From IMG/VR virus record IMGVR_UViG_3300037851_000568, positions 10,139 to 74,138 of that record: a DNA stretch of 64,000 nucleotides; one strand, written 5' to 3'. This stretch comes from a virus. A program made the translations under genes and the position numbers. Shown piece by piece: positions 18,763 through 28,649 of this stretch (positions are counted from its first letter, which is position 1; every line of letters begins with the position of its first letter). Under the pieces are notes generated by a model. It worked only from the letters and a program-made list of their open reading frames with translations. It had not been told where the DNA came from and did not search any database.

Positions 18763-19008
18763 ATGCAGATCAAGGCTTGTGAATCCTGCGGCGACACCAT
18801 GCGTTCCGTCAGCTACGTGAACGGAGGCACGCAGAACACCCTCTGGTGGTGCGGCTGGTGCGCCAAGGAATTCACCGAGGTAGGCCCTGTGGCGGCCGAC
18901 CCGGTCATTTCCGCCGTTCCTTCACCGCCCTCCTTTGCCGGTCTTGTCAAGCTTGAGTCCACACGCGTGGGCCCGCACGGCGGCAAGACCTATCGGAGGA
19001 TCTGGTAA
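18763..19008 (+). CDS. zinc-ribbon hypothetical protein
   Basis: CESC and CGWC pairs. Confidence 0.55.
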   Translation: MQIKACESCGDTMRSVSYVNGGTQNTLWWCGWCAKEFTEVGPVAADPVISAVPSPPSFAGLVKLESTRVGPHGGKTYRRIW

Positions 19009-19604
19009 TGGCCGACGAGCCGATCAAGGACCCCACCAAGAAGTCCTTCTGGCGAGTACGCAACCTCGCGTGGCTTCTTTTTGTGGGTATTGCTCCTCTT
19101 ATTGGCCACAGTTTGTGGGGTTGGGCTGGTGAAAGGATCGACCAGTTCAACTCGCTGGAGCACAGGCTGACGGAATTCAGCCGACGCGACGTTCAGGCTG
19201 TGTGGGCTGCTGTGTCAGAACAAAAGGACAGGCTCGACGCGCTGAGCAACGAAATGGCGCTCATGAACCGGCTGTTCGACAGGGAGTGGGGGCGCGGAAC
19301 CGGGGAGACTGAGAAGGCGTTGACCGAACGGATGCGGCTGCTGGATACGCATCTGAAGGACCTGATCTCCATGCAGACTGCGTTGGATCAGCTGGTCAAG
19401 GAGCACAAGGCCAAGAATCCAGACTCGAAGATTGCCCCCGTTAAAGGTGACACGAAGAGCATCGATGAAATACGTGAACTGATCGAGCGGATGGGAGTGC
19501 AGCAGCGCCCGAAGGATACACTTCCGTACGCGTCTCTTGAACGAGACCCTGCCTCGCTCCGCGAACAATACGAGCGCAGGATCCCCGCCCAGCAGAAGAA
19601 GTAG
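19008..19604 (+). CDS. membrane-anchored coiled-coil protein
   Basis: TM segment LAWLLFVGIAPLIG followed by a long helix. Confidence 0.7.
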   Translation: MADEPIKDPTKKSFWRVRNLAWLLFVGIAPLIGHSLWGWAGERIDQFNSLEHRLTEFSRRDVQAVWAAVSEQKDRLDALSNEMALMNRLFDREWGRGTGETEKALTERMRLLDTHLKDLISMQTALDQLVKEHKAKNPDSKIAPVKGDTKSIDEIRELIERMGVQQRPKDTLPYASLERDPASLREQYERRIPAQQKK

Positions 19605-19615
19605 AGGAGAACACC

Positions 19616-20041
19616 GTGGAGAGACTGGGGAAGCTGGTCAAGCAGCTCAAGGAAGCCGTCCAGACCAGGGACGTCGCCGAGGTCGTCGAGATCGAGGAGT
19701 ACGATCTTGAGTACGACGCTGAAGAGGGTGCCGTGACCGGTCACGCAACCATTAACGTGGCCGTGACCGGGGGCGATGGCGTTCGCGGCAACACCGACTG
19801 GCCCGACATTGAAGGCCTTCATCGCGGGATCCTGCGCTCACTCGAATACCAGATCATGGGGATGCTGCAGGACCGTGTACCGACTGAGCAGAAGGTTGAG
19901 CTGCCCGACGGCTCCGAGTACACTCCGGACTGGGAGAAGCATGGCGAGATCGGCTGGTCGCGTCAGGCCCCGTTCCGTGCCAAGCGAGGGGAGCCGATCA
20001 CGGTGGAAGTAGAGGTCACGTACCGGGACGAGGTGGGCTAG
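19616..20041 (+). CDS. hypothetical protein
   Basis: SD GAGGAG; GTG start. Confidence 0.65.
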   Translation: MERLGKLVKQLKEAVQTRDVAEVVEIEEYDLEYDAEEGAVTGHATINVAVTGGDGVRGNTDWPDIEGLHRGILRSLEYQIMGMLQDRVPTEQKVELPDGSEYTPDWEKHGEIGWSRQAPFRAKRGEPITVEVEVTYRDEVG

Positions 20042-20697
20042 TGTCCCTCAGTTCCGTCCAGAAGCTTACCCGTGAGCTGAAAGAGCAGTTCGCGGCGGAC
20101 GCCCGTCCCGTGGTCACGATCACGGTGCCGCATGCGGTGTGCCGCAACCAACAGGACATCGACAACCACTATTGCGACGTCGTCGCTGCTCCGGTCGGGC
20201 GGGCCATTGCTGGCATGCTTCAGGAGTCGCCCTACCGGCCCAACCTGCTCATGCCGACGATCAGCCGGATGGAAGTGGACATGAACAGGCCTGTGGCCCG
20301 CAGTCAGGGATTCCGGGAGCAGGTCAACGAAGCTTTGGGATCCAGCCAGTACCTTCTGGACGTCCACTCCTTCCCCGAGCTTGGCGGTCCATGGACCGTG
20401 GACTGCTACCTGCTCAAGCTTCGGTATGGCGGCAAGAACGACGACATCGTCTGTGAGCTGGCCGATCAGCTCATGACCCGTGGAATCAACTGCGCGGTGG
20501 TCATGGCGGAGAAGGAGAACGACGTCGTTCTTTCCGCCATCGAACGTGGCGTTCCGGCGACCCTTGTAGAATTTTCAGAGCCGGTAGTGAATTCCGAAGG
20601 CGTAAATGGTAGGCTTGTGACGAACTTTGTTGAGGGCTTCAAGGCGTTCCTGAAGGCCCGGGACCTGGAGGGAGGCAGACGTGGGAATCTTCCGTAA
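20041..20697 (+). CDS. N-formylglutamate amidohydrolase-like (zinc-peptidase fold) protein
   Basis: TVPH...DMNR...LDVHSF motifs. Confidence 0.6.
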   Translation: MSLSSVQKLTRELKEQFAADARPVVTITVPHAVCRNQQDIDNHYCDVVAAPVGRAIAGMLQESPYRPNLLMPTISRMEVDMNRPVARSQGFREQVNEALGSSQYLLDVHSFPELGGPWTVDCYLLKLRYGGKNDDIVCELADQLMTRGINCAVVMAEKENDVVLSAIERGVPATLVEFSEPVVNSEGVNGRLVTNFVEGFKAFLKARDLEGGRRGNLP

Positions 20698-21184
20698 GAT
20701 TTTGGCCGAAGGCAAGGATCTGGCTGCCGTGGTTCAGGGCATCAAGGATGCCGTCATGAACTACAAGGCCTACGAGGAGACTCAGGAGGCCCTGTTCCGC
20801 AAGGAACTCACCAAGGTTGAGGAGCAGGCCCAGAAGGCGCTTGCCGACATTGCCAAGGTGCTGGACAAGCACAAGGCCACTTTCGAGGCCATGTCCGACA
20901 AGAAGTGGTCCGGCCAGATCAACGCCAAGCTCATGGAGTGTGGGCAGGCGGTGATGGGTGTCGTGGAGCCCATCACCACCACGCTGGCGGAGTTCGTCAA
21001 GAGCGGGAAGAAGGAAAAGGCCCGGTTCGGTGCGAGGCCTGCCGCTGGCACGCAGGACTGCGCCGCCTGCGATGGCACCGGAGAGGTGGGCGGCGACGAA
21101 TGCACGAGCTGTCGCGGCTCCGGCATGATGGAGCCGGAGACGGCTGATGCCGTCAAGGGCGAGAACAAGAAGACCAAGAAGTAA
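20681..21184 (+). CDS. hypothetical protein with a DnaJ-type zinc finger
   Basis: CAACDGTG...CTSCRGSG. Confidence 0.7.
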   Translation: MGIFRKILAEGKDLAAVVQGIKDAVMNYKAYEETQEALFRKELTKVEEQAQKALADIAKVLDKHKATFEAMSDKKWSGQINAKLMECGQAVMGVVEPITTTLAEFVKSGKKEKARFGARPAAGTQDCAACDGTGEVGGDECTSCRGSGMMEPETADAVKGENKKTKK

Positions 21185-21201
21185 GCGGAAGAGGGGGACA
21201 C

Positions 21202-21591
21202 ATGTCGCTGGACAAGATCGCCGCAACGGTCCGCAAGCTCCATGAGACCGTCATGAGCGGCAGCATCAACTTCAAGCGGGTACCGGCTGAGACCATCAAG
21301 AGGCCGGTGGATCCCAGCAGCCCCACGGAGCCTATCGAAGATACCGAAGCTCCGGCCGGTAGCGATCCGCAGGGCGCGAAGCCTCCTTTCGAGGCCATGG
21401 TGGAGGCGGCCGCTTCTGCGTTGCTCAACGGCAAGGACCCGCACGAGGCCGTCGAGAAGCTGCTTGGTGAGGGCGAGCCTGAAGACGAGACGGAGGTCAT
21501 TCGTGCCGTCGAGGCCGCCATCGCAACCTTGGACATCGAGGAGAAGGAAGAGGAAGAAGAGGGCGATGAGGCCCCGGAGTCCGAGGCGTGA
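21202..21591 (+). CDS. acidic hypothetical protein
   Basis: SD GAGGGGG; ORF. Confidence 0.7.
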   Translation: MSLDKIAATVRKLHETVMSGSINFKRVPAETIKRPVDPSSPTEPIEDTEAPAGSDPQGAKPPFEAMVEAAASALLNGKDPHEAVEKLLGEGEPEDETEVIRAVEAAIATLDIEEKEEEEEGDEAPESEA

Positions 21592-22505
21592 GCCGAAGCC
21601 TTCGAGAACAGGCCGACCTGTACGGAGCGCTCTCTGGACTTGAGGCAGCGCTCAAGCCGTTCCTCGCCTCCGTCGGTGAGCCCAGCGGGCCCATCGACGC
21701 CGTCATCGATGCGACGTCCAAGATCTCCAAGCAGACCGCCGACGGTGCCCCGGTCAGGGCCGGGGAAGTGGCGCAGGTCATGAACCTCGTTCCCAAGGTG
21801 AGCACCGCCTTCGACAAGGTCTACGATCTGTTCAAGATCGCCCGCGAAGCTGGCTACGAAGTGGCCAAGCTTGTGGGAGCGCCGACCAAAGGCGCTTCGA
21901 GGCCCAAGAAGGCTCCTACCGATTACAGCGGTATTCCCGACGCGGACATCATGACGGGGATTGCTGGACTGGCTCCCAAGTTCAAGGACGTGATGTCCAA
22001 CGTTGAGGCCCTTGGCAGGAACGTCTCCGATCAGGTCCGTCGGGCCCTCGACAACATGGATGCCGGGAAGTCTGACGGAGTTGAGGATGCCAAGGCCCTT
22101 GTCCCGACGTTCGTCCAGTTTCGCGATTCGGTATCGGGCTACTACTCGATCCTCAACAGCATGGCCCGCCGGGTCAACCAGCTGCTGACCAACATCGGGC
22201 ACTCCAAGTTGGATCAGCCGCAGCAGGGTGCCGAGCCTGTGGCGGAGGCGCTCATCGTAATCCCGTGGGGCGACGAATTCGGCGAGTACGAGGGAGATGC
22301 CATGATGGAATCCAAGAAGCCCAAGACCGAGGCCAAGAAGAAGAACGGCAAGGAAGAGCTGCCCGAGGGCGCTGCCGGGAACCTGCCTGAACCCTCTTCG
22401 GCTCCTCCCATCGGAGTTGAACGGAAGTCTCCCATGCCGCCCATGATGCACGTGGAGCGGCTTGTGCGGGACCTCAAGAAGCAGATCCTGGAGGGTCTCA
22501 AGTAG
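21588..22505 (+). CDS. hypothetical protein
   Basis: GTGA-coupled long ORF with GC3 bias. Confidence 0.7.
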   Translation: MSRSLREQADLYGALSGLEAALKPFLASVGEPSGPIDAVIDATSKISKQTADGAPVRAGEVAQVMNLVPKVSTAFDKVYDLFKIAREAGYEVAKLVGAPTKGASRPKKAPTDYSGIPDADIMTGIAGLAPKFKDVMSNVEALGRNVSDQVRRALDNMDAGKSDGVEDAKALVPTFVQFRDSVSGYYSILNSMARRVNQLLTNIGHSKLDQPQQGAEPVAEALIVIPWGDEFGEYEGDAMMESKKPKTEAKKKNGKEELPEGAAGNLPEPSSAPPIGVERKSPMPPMMHVERLVRDLKKQILEGLK

Positions 22506-22508
22506 ACG

Positions 22509-22537
22509 TTGACTCTCCACCGAGTAGGTGGTAGATT
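22509..22537 (+). promoter_or_regulatory. promoter TTGACT-N17-TAGATT (extended -10)
   Basis: Intergenic, upstream of a three-gene block. Confidence 0.55.
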
Positions 22538-22567
22538 TTTCTGACGACGTTCTTCTGAGGGGGAGAT

Positions 22568-22999
22568 ATGGCGCAGGTCCAGACCGCACTTCCGACGGGT
22601 GTTCGTGCTTTCAACTCGGTCACGGTGGGTGACACCACGGAGACCGAGGTCATCTTCGCCAAGCCCGGTGACGGCGGCCAGTTCTCCCTTGAGGAGATTG
22701 ACGGCCAGAACAGCGCCATTGCGACGATCCGCGTGTACGCGGTGCCGGTCGGCAACGCCGCTCCCCAGCAGATCGGGCAGGTCTCCCTTGCCGCTGGAAA
22801 GTTCAACCACAAGTTCATCTCCATGCTGGGTGCGCCGGACTCCGTGCCGGTGATCAACCTTCCCTACAAGGCTGCCCAGAGCATGGGCATCATCGGCGGG
22901 GGTGGTATCCGCATCACGGTCCAGTTCGCTGTGAGCGGCACGATCAGCATGGGTGCGATCTTCGACCGTCGTCACGACGGTCCTTTCGACATGGTGTAG
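22568..22999 (+). CDS. beta-rich putative structural protein (paralog A)
   Basis: LPTGVRAFNSV...GGQ..LEEIDG...TIRVY shared with the next gene. Confidence 0.75.
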   Translation: MAQVQTALPTGVRAFNSVTVGDTTETEVIFAKPGDGGQFSLEEIDGQNSAIATIRVYAVPVGNAAPQQIGQVSLAAGKFNHKFISMLGAPDSVPVINLPYKAAQSMGIIGGGGIRITVQFAVSGTISMGAIFDRRHDGPFDMV

Positions 23000-23037
23000 T
23001 TCCGTAGGTTGACGACGAAAGAGTAGAGGAGGAAACA

Positions 23038-23460
23038 ATGCCCCAGAACACGACGACTCTCCCGACGGGAACCCGGGCCTTCAACGCGGTCACGGCCGAC
23101 ACCACCGAAGCGGTGGCGCTGTTCGTGTCCAACACCGACGGCGGCCAGCTGGCTCTGAAGGAGCTGGATGGCGTGTCTACCGGTGCAGTAACGATCCGCG
23201 TGTACGGCGTGAACCCTGACAACTCCGCCACGCAGCTGGCGGAGTTCGTGACGCCCATCGGCAACTTCAACGAGAAGTACAAGGGCGGCGTCTTCGCCAA
23301 CCCCCAGGAGTTCCTCAACCAGAAGATCTCCTTGAAGGGAGCCCAGAATCTGGGCCTGCTCGGGACGAGCGGCATCCGCGTGACGGTTCAGGCGGCTGCT
23401 CCTCTGGCCATCTCGCTGGGCGCGATGCTGGACCGTCGGATCGACGGGCCCATCTCCTAG
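23038..23460 (+). CDS. beta-rich putative structural protein (paralog B)
   Basis: LPTGTRAFNAV...GGQLALKELDG...TIRVY. Confidence 0.75.
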   Translation: MPQNTTTLPTGTRAFNAVTADTTEAVALFVSNTDGGQLALKELDGVSTGAVTIRVYGVNPDNSATQLAEFVTPIGNFNEKYKGGVFANPQEFLNQKISLKGAQNLGLLGTSGIRVTVQAAAPLAISLGAMLDRRIDGPIS

Positions 23461-23486
23461 TCGGGATTGAGTAGGGAGGAAGACAG

Positions 23487-23852
23487 ATGGCCTTCAGCAT
23501 GAACACGTCCTGCAGCGCCCAGTCCACGGACGGGGTGCTGGTGAACAAGTCCATCACGAACCTGTCGGTCAACGCCAAGGTTCTGCTGGACGACACCTTC
23601 GCGGCTGGCGTTGTCGATCTCGCTCCGTACCTCGCCTCGATCACCAACCCCCGTGGTTGCTACATCGTGGCCGATGGCGACGGTTACCTGATCGACCTTG
23701 ACGGTCTGGGCCCCTCTGTGAAGGCCCAGAAGCAGACCTTCATGGAGATCACGGACAACACGCCCGGTCCGTCCGGCCTTCTGGACATCGCCATCACGGC
23801 TCAGGGCGCTGCCCAGCGGATCCGCGTGTTCGCGTGGGGTGACCCGGTCTAG
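23487..23852 (+). CDS. beta-rich putative structural protein
   Basis: SD GGGAGGA; ORF. Confidence 0.7.
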   Translation: MAFSMNTSCSAQSTDGVLVNKSITNLSVNAKVLLDDTFAAGVVDLAPYLASITNPRGCYIVADGDGYLIDLDGLGPSVKAQKQTFMEITDNTPGPSGLLDIAITAQGAAQRIRVFAWGDPV

Positions 23853-23875
23853 TCGTAACCGTAGGTGTACAGGAG

Positions 23876-23915
23876 ACGGGGGAGCAAGCTATAATCTTGC
23901 TCTCCCGTTTTTCTT
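23876..23915 (+). terminator. intrinsic terminator with TATAAT in its loop
   Basis: 13-bp stem ACGGGGGAGCAAG/CTTGCTCTCCCGT, loop CTATAAT, followed by TTTTCTTT. Confidence 0.7.
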
Positions 23916-23927
23916 TAGGCGGACACG

Positions 23928-26675
23928 ATGGGCGGACCTCTTGACTGGATCCGGTCGGTCTTCGGACGTCACCAGGACCGGATCGACAACGCCATCAACC
24001 CGGCAGCCGGAACGACCGGCGAGCCGATGGGGATGGACCTGTACAGCTACTACGGGATGGACGCCATCGGCGACTATCTCCGTGTTGATCAGGATCTCGT
24101 AGCCCGGTACCTCGACTACAACGAAATGATCTCCTACCCGGAGATCGCGGCGGCCGTGGACGTGTACGCCGAGGATGCCTGCATCACGGCCGATACGGAG
24201 ATCCCGTTTCTCGATGGGACTACTCATACGGTAGGGGATCTGTACGCACGAGGTGTTAAGGACGGCTGGGTCTACGGGTACTCCAGGGAGAAGAATCGGT
24301 TCACCGCCACCTGTTTTGAACGGGTGGACATGGTCAATCCTAATATCGAGATTTTGGAAGTCGTTTACCGGAAGCGTACCGGGGAGGCCGGGTCCATCAA
24401 GGTGACGCCGGAGCACAAGTTCCTGCTCAGGAACAACGAGTATGTTCGGGCGTCGGATCTGAAAGTCGGCGACCGGTTGATGCCGCTCTACCGTTGCCAG
24501 ACCAGACTTAGCCATGGTGTGAAGAACAAGTATGAACGCATCATGATCGACCCGAAATCCTCCTGCAAGAAGTGGTTGCCGACGCACATCATGGTGGCCT
24601 CCGAGATGTATACGACGGCACAGCTGGACGGGAAGCAGGTTCACCACAAGGACGAGAACACCCTCAACAACGATCCGTCGAACTTGGATCCGAAGACTCC
24701 GGCAGAGCACGCTTCGGAGCACCACGCCGAGCGACGGGATTATTCGGACTCGGAACTGGCGGAGAGGCTTCGCGAGCAGGTCAAAGGTGGGCGACAGGGA
24801 ATTCAGAAGGCCGCCCTTGGTGTCGGGCATAGCGTCAGCGAGTTGTGGCACTTGGTCAAGCGGATGGGGTACTCGGGTTGGAACGATTTCTTGGCCTCGT
24901 GCGGGGTGCCCGTCCGGAGGCTCAATCACCAGAAACCTGGAACCGATGAAGACCGGCTGGAGCAGGCGCTGACGGCGTACGCGGCTGCTCCAGAGGGTGG
25001 GGTCAAACGAGCCGCTAAAACCGTTGGATACAGTACCGGCGGGTTCTACATGTTCTTGAGACGGATGGGCATCACGCCGGTCCGATTCAAGGAGATGGCA
25101 GAGGCCGGAGTTGACGGCAACCATCAAGTCGTTGAGATCAAGGCGGCCGGGCGTGCTGCCGTCTACGACCTTGTGAACTCCCGGCAGACCGGGAATTTCG
25201 CCGCTGGCCGCAACGGCCATTACGTGGTGGTCAAAAACACCCAGCCCAACACCATGACCGGCGACACGGTCTGGATCGAATCCGATGACCACGAAGTTCG
25301 GACCGATCTTGGGGCCATGCTGAAAAAGCGGGCCCACATCGAGGACGAGATCTGGGGCATCGCCAAGACGCTGGTGATGTACGGCAACGACTTTTCCGAG
25401 ATCCTCGTCACCAAGGACGAAGGCGTCGTCGGTCTACATGCCCTTCCTCCGGAGACCATGCGCCGTGTGGAGGGCCTCAAGGGCGAGCTGTTGGGATTTG
25501 TACAGGACCCCTCCGGACAGTTCCGTGTCCAGCCTGCCGAGTTCGTGGAGATCCTCCAGAAGAAGAAGCCGGTCCCGTCCGGGGTCGTCATCTTCGAGCC
25601 TTGGCAGGTGGCGCACGACCGGCTTCAGACTCGGTATCGGCAGAGCCCGTACGGGCAGTCCGTGCTTGAGCCTGCGCGGTGGATCTGGAAGCGCCTTCTG
25701 CTGCTCGAAGACGCCATGATGATCTACCGGTTGACGCGGGCCCCGAGTCGCTTCGCGTTCTACGTGGACGTCGGGGAAATGCCGCCGCGTCAGGCGATGC
25801 GGTATATGCAGACGATGCGACAGAACTTCAGGAAGAAGAAGTTCGTCAACCCGCAGAGCGGCAAGCTTGACCTCCGGTTCTCGCCGCTGGCTCAGGACGA
25901 GGATTTCTACATTCCCGTGCGTGGCGGACGGGAAAGCACTCGCATCGATGTCCTGCAGGGTCCGGACTTCCCCGGATCTACCGAGGACACGCTCTACTTC
26001 TACCAGAAGCTGCTCACTGCCTTGAAAGTTCCGCCCGCCTTCCTCGGACGGGAGGAGAACACGGCGGCGAAGAACGTTCTGGCCCACGAGGACGTCCGAT
26101 TTGCCCGCGCCGTCATGCGTGTCCAGCGGGAACTCCGCAACGGCCTCAAGAAGGTCTGCGACGTCCATCTGGCTTCCCGAAACATCGACCCGGAGTCCGT
26201 GGACTACGAAGTCTTCATGACCACGCCGTCGGGCATCTACGAACTGGCACAGATGGAGATCCGGAAGGCCCGCGTGGAGTTCGCCGAACTGCTTCAGGAC
26301 GGCGAATGGGTCTCGAAGCGCTGGATCATGAAGGAGATCCTCGGGTTCAGCGACGATCAGGTGGATCAGATGATGGCGGAGCGGATGCAGGAGGAGGAGT
26401 CCGGCGGGGCTCCGCCCCAGCGGGCCGCCCGTCCGTCGGGGCCGCCTCCCGTCGAGCAGCTCCAGCCCGGGGAGAAGTACCGGCGGGTGGACGGTCGGCG
26501 GATCATCACCGACGACGTCGACAACGGCAGCAAGAAGGCGGAGGCGTACACGAAGAAGCACCTCGACGAGATGCTCAAGCACAACAAGGGCCTCGACAAG
26601 CGGCTGGCCCACTTGTCGGCGCTCTGTATGGACATCCGGTCGAACATGCGCCGTAACGGCAGCCACGGCGGATGA
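23928..26675 (+). CDS. portal protein (T4 gp20-like) with an intein
   Basis: YPEIAAAVD, IYRLTRAPSRFAFYVDVG, EDFYIPVRGG, YFYQKLLTALKVP. Confidence 0.9.
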   Translation: MGGPLDWIRSVFGRHQDRIDNAINPAAGTTGEPMGMDLYSYYGMDAIGDYLRVDQDLVARYLDYNEMISYPEIAAAVDVYAEDACITADTEIPFLDGTTHTVGDLYARGVKDGWVYGYSREKNRFTATCFERVDMVNPNIEILEVVYRKRTGEAGSIKVTPEHKFLLRNNEYVRASDLKVGDRLMPLYRCQTRLSHGVKNKYERIMIDPKSSCKKWLPTHIMVASEMYTTAQLDGKQVHHKDENTLNNDPSNLDPKTPAEHASEHHAERRDYSDSELAERLREQVKGGRQGIQKAALGVGHSVSELWHLVKRMGYSGWNDFLASCGVPVRRLNHQKPGTDEDRLEQALTAYAAAPEGGVKRAAKTVGYSTGGFYMFLRRMGITPVRFKEMAEAGVDGNHQVVEIKAAGRAAVYDLVNSRQTGNFAAGRNGHYVVVKNTQPNTMTGDTVWIESDDHEVRTDLGAMLKKRAHIEDEIWGIAKTLVMYGNDFSEILVTKDEGVVGLHALPPETMRRVEGLKGELLGFVQDPSGQFRVQPAEFVEILQKKKPVPSGVVIFEPWQVAHDRLQTRYRQSPYGQSVLEPARWIWKRLLLLEDAMMIYRLTRAPSRFAFYVDVGEMPPRQAMRYMQTMRQNFRKKKFVNPQSGKLDLRFSPLAQDEDFYIPVRGGRESTRIDVLQGPDFPGSTEDTLYFYQKLLTALKVPPAFLGREENTAAKNVLAHEDVRFARAVMRVQRELRNGLKKVCDVHLASRNIDPESVDYEVFMTTPSGIYELAQMEIRKARVEFAELLQDGEWVSKRWIMKEILGFSDDQVDQMMAERMQEEESGGAPPQRAARPSGPPPVEQLQPGEKYRRVDGRRIITDDVDNGSKKAEAYTKKHLDEMLKHNKGLDKRLAHLSALCMDIRSNMRRNGSHGG
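24180..25238 (+). mobile_element. intein in the portal gene carrying an HNH endonuclease and HTH modules
   Basis: Starts CITADT, block B VTPEH, ends VYDL...VVKN/T; VHHKDENTLNNDPSNL. Confidence 0.85.
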
Positions 26676-26681
26676 TTAAGC

Positions 26682-26710
26682 TTGACAAAGCCTGAACACA
26701 ATAGTATGTT
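26682..26710 (+). promoter_or_regulatory. promoter TTGACA-N17-TATGTT
   Basis: Directly after the portal stop, upstream of the head-assembly genes. Confidence 0.55.
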
Positions 26711-26744
26711 GCTTTGAGTCAACTGGCAGTCAGAGGGAGGCGGC

Positions 26745-27953
26745 GTGGGAAACAGCACGCAGGAAACCGAAGTCAAGGTTGCAGATCTCCCCAAGGGAGA
26801 GCCTGCGGTCAAGTCCGAGAAGACCTCCAACTTCTCCGTGGTTTCCGTGCCTCCGTATCAGGAGGCCATCTGGCTTGCTGAAGTGGGCATCGGCGCTGGC
26901 ATCACGTCGGCCAAGTACAACCCCGACGAGATGCTTGAGCTGGTGATGATCGCCAAGAACCACGGCGCTCCGCTCACCCTCGACTTCGCCGGTAAGGGCG
27001 CTTCGGTCAAGACTGGTAAGGTTCCGAATCTTCCGGCCCTGTCCGAGGAGCTTCACAACGTTTGCAAGAACTCCATCGAGTGCAGCCTTCAGGGCGTACG
27101 CTCCATGATCAACGAGGAGCGGGCCAAGTTCGGTGGTACTGACAAGGTTGGCGTTACGCCCATCGCCACGTACGACAACCACGCCATCGTGTTCAACACG
27201 AACCGCGAGGTCTTCCGGGCAGCCTTCACCCGCAAGGACGGCAAGGTCAGCCTGACGGAGGTCCAGAAGCTGGACATCTACCCGGTCAAGGAGTACCTCG
27301 AAGAGGAGCTTTCCGATCTGGACGGCATGGTCAACGACCTGCTTGAGGGCCGTCGGGACCGCGCCAAGAAGCGCGTTTCCGAGGTCATCTCCCGGTTCGG
27401 CAACAGCTCCGACCTGCTCCGCGCCAAGTATCGCGTGATGGCCCGCCAGATGACCGGCGACCACATGTGGAAGAAGTACATGGCCGAGAACAACGATCTC
27501 GTCCGCAAGCTTCTGCATGGCGAGCTGAGCAAGCTTCGGGAGACGGCCCACAAGCCTCGTTACTCCTCCATCTACACCACGGACAAGCCGCAGGTGAAGG
27601 TCGGGGTGGCTGAGAAGCTCATCGCGGAGCTGAAGGACCTCGGTTCCAAGGCCGAGGAGCTGGTCAAGCGCGTCACCGAGTCCGTCAAGGTTGGTGAGAA
27701 GGTGCTCGACGACACCAAGTTCCACGATCTGGACAGCGATGTCCAGCTCGGCAAGTTCAAGCAGTTCTCGGCCGACTACGTCGAGGACCTGCAGGGCCTT
27801 CGCAGCGCCGTTCAGGAGGCTCTGACGGACAACGACGTCACGGCCATGGCGCTGGTGTACGACACGGCAGCTGAGAAGTTCGAGGCCTTCAAGATGGCCG
27901 GTCGCCTGATTGAGAAGGTCCTCGAAGACATCAAGTCCCGGATCAACAAGTAG
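26745..27953 (+). CDS. hypothetical head-region protein
   Basis: SD GAGGGAGG; long GC3-rich ORF between portal and protease. Confidence 0.8.
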   Translation: MGNSTQETEVKVADLPKGEPAVKSEKTSNFSVVSVPPYQEAIWLAEVGIGAGITSAKYNPDEMLELVMIAKNHGAPLTLDFAGKGASVKTGKVPNLPALSEELHNVCKNSIECSLQGVRSMINEERAKFGGTDKVGVTPIATYDNHAIVFNTNREVFRAAFTRKDGKVSLTEVQKLDIYPVKEYLEEELSDLDGMVNDLLEGRRDRAKKRVSEVISRFGNSSDLLRAKYRVMARQMTGDHMWKKYMAENNDLVRKLLHGELSKLRETAHKPRYSSIYTTDKPQVKVGVAEKLIAELKDLGSKAEELVKRVTESVKVGEKVLDDTKFHDLDSDVQLGKFKQFSADYVEDLQGLRSAVQEALTDNDVTAMALVYDTAAEKFEAFKMAGRLIEKVLEDIKSRINK

Positions 27954-27966
27954 AGGGGGTCAAAAA

Positions 27967-28647
27967 ATGGTGACCATCCGTTCGCTGTCTGAAGAGCTGA
28001 AGTCCCTGGGCCTGGTGGCTGAGCCCGCCCCTGCTGTTTCGGAGACGCCCGCCAAGGCGGCTCCGGTGGTCGATGACGCCAAGGTCCTCGCCCGCAAGCA
28101 GGAAGCCCGCAAGATGCGCACGCGCATTGAGGGCCTGAAGGACGGCTTCACCGCCAAGGCGGCGGTCGTCGAGTCCAAGGAGCCCAAGGCCGAGGCCAAC
28201 AAGACCCGCATCCAGAGCCTCTTCGAGGAGCTGGAGACGCTGACGCAGGAGTCCGTTGAGGCCCCCTCGGCGAAGGCCTCCCGGATCATGGGCGATGTCC
28301 TTGAGATCGCTCAGGCCATCATGAAGAAGTACGGCTCCCACGAAGAGGTCAAGGAGGTCTTCGAGGCCCTCACCGGGGCTGCGCAGACCCTCAACGGCCG
28401 TCTGACCGAGATGCAGGCGTCCGACACCGAGCGCGAGGTCAAGAAGGTCGTGGCCGAGCTGGTCGAGTCGCTGGAGTGGCTCCTCGAAGAGTTCGAGGAG
28501 GTCAAGAAGTTCCCCCTTCAGGGCGAGAAGGCCAAGCCGGATGACCGCTCCGGCAAGGGCGGCGAGCCCGGCGGCACTGAGAAGCTTCCGGCGCAGGTCG
28601 GGGCTGGCTCGCCCGTCGGCGACAAGCCCAAGGCGGAGAAGGCGTAG
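27967..28647 (+). CDS. acidic coiled-coil prohead core/scaffold-like protein
   Basis: Position; Glu/Lys/Ala-rich helical composition. Confidence 0.7.
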   Translation: MVTIRSLSEELKSLGLVAEPAPAVSETPAKAAPVVDDAKVLARKQEARKMRTRIEGLKDGFTAKAAVVESKEPKAEANKTRIQSLFEELETLTQESVEAPSAKASRIMGDVLEIAQAIMKKYGSHEEVKEVFEALTGAAQTLNGRLTEMQASDTEREVKKVVAELVESLEWLLEEFEEVKKFPLQGEKAKPDDRSGKGGEPGGTEKLPAQVGAGSPVGDKPKAEKA

Positions 28648-28649
28648 TA

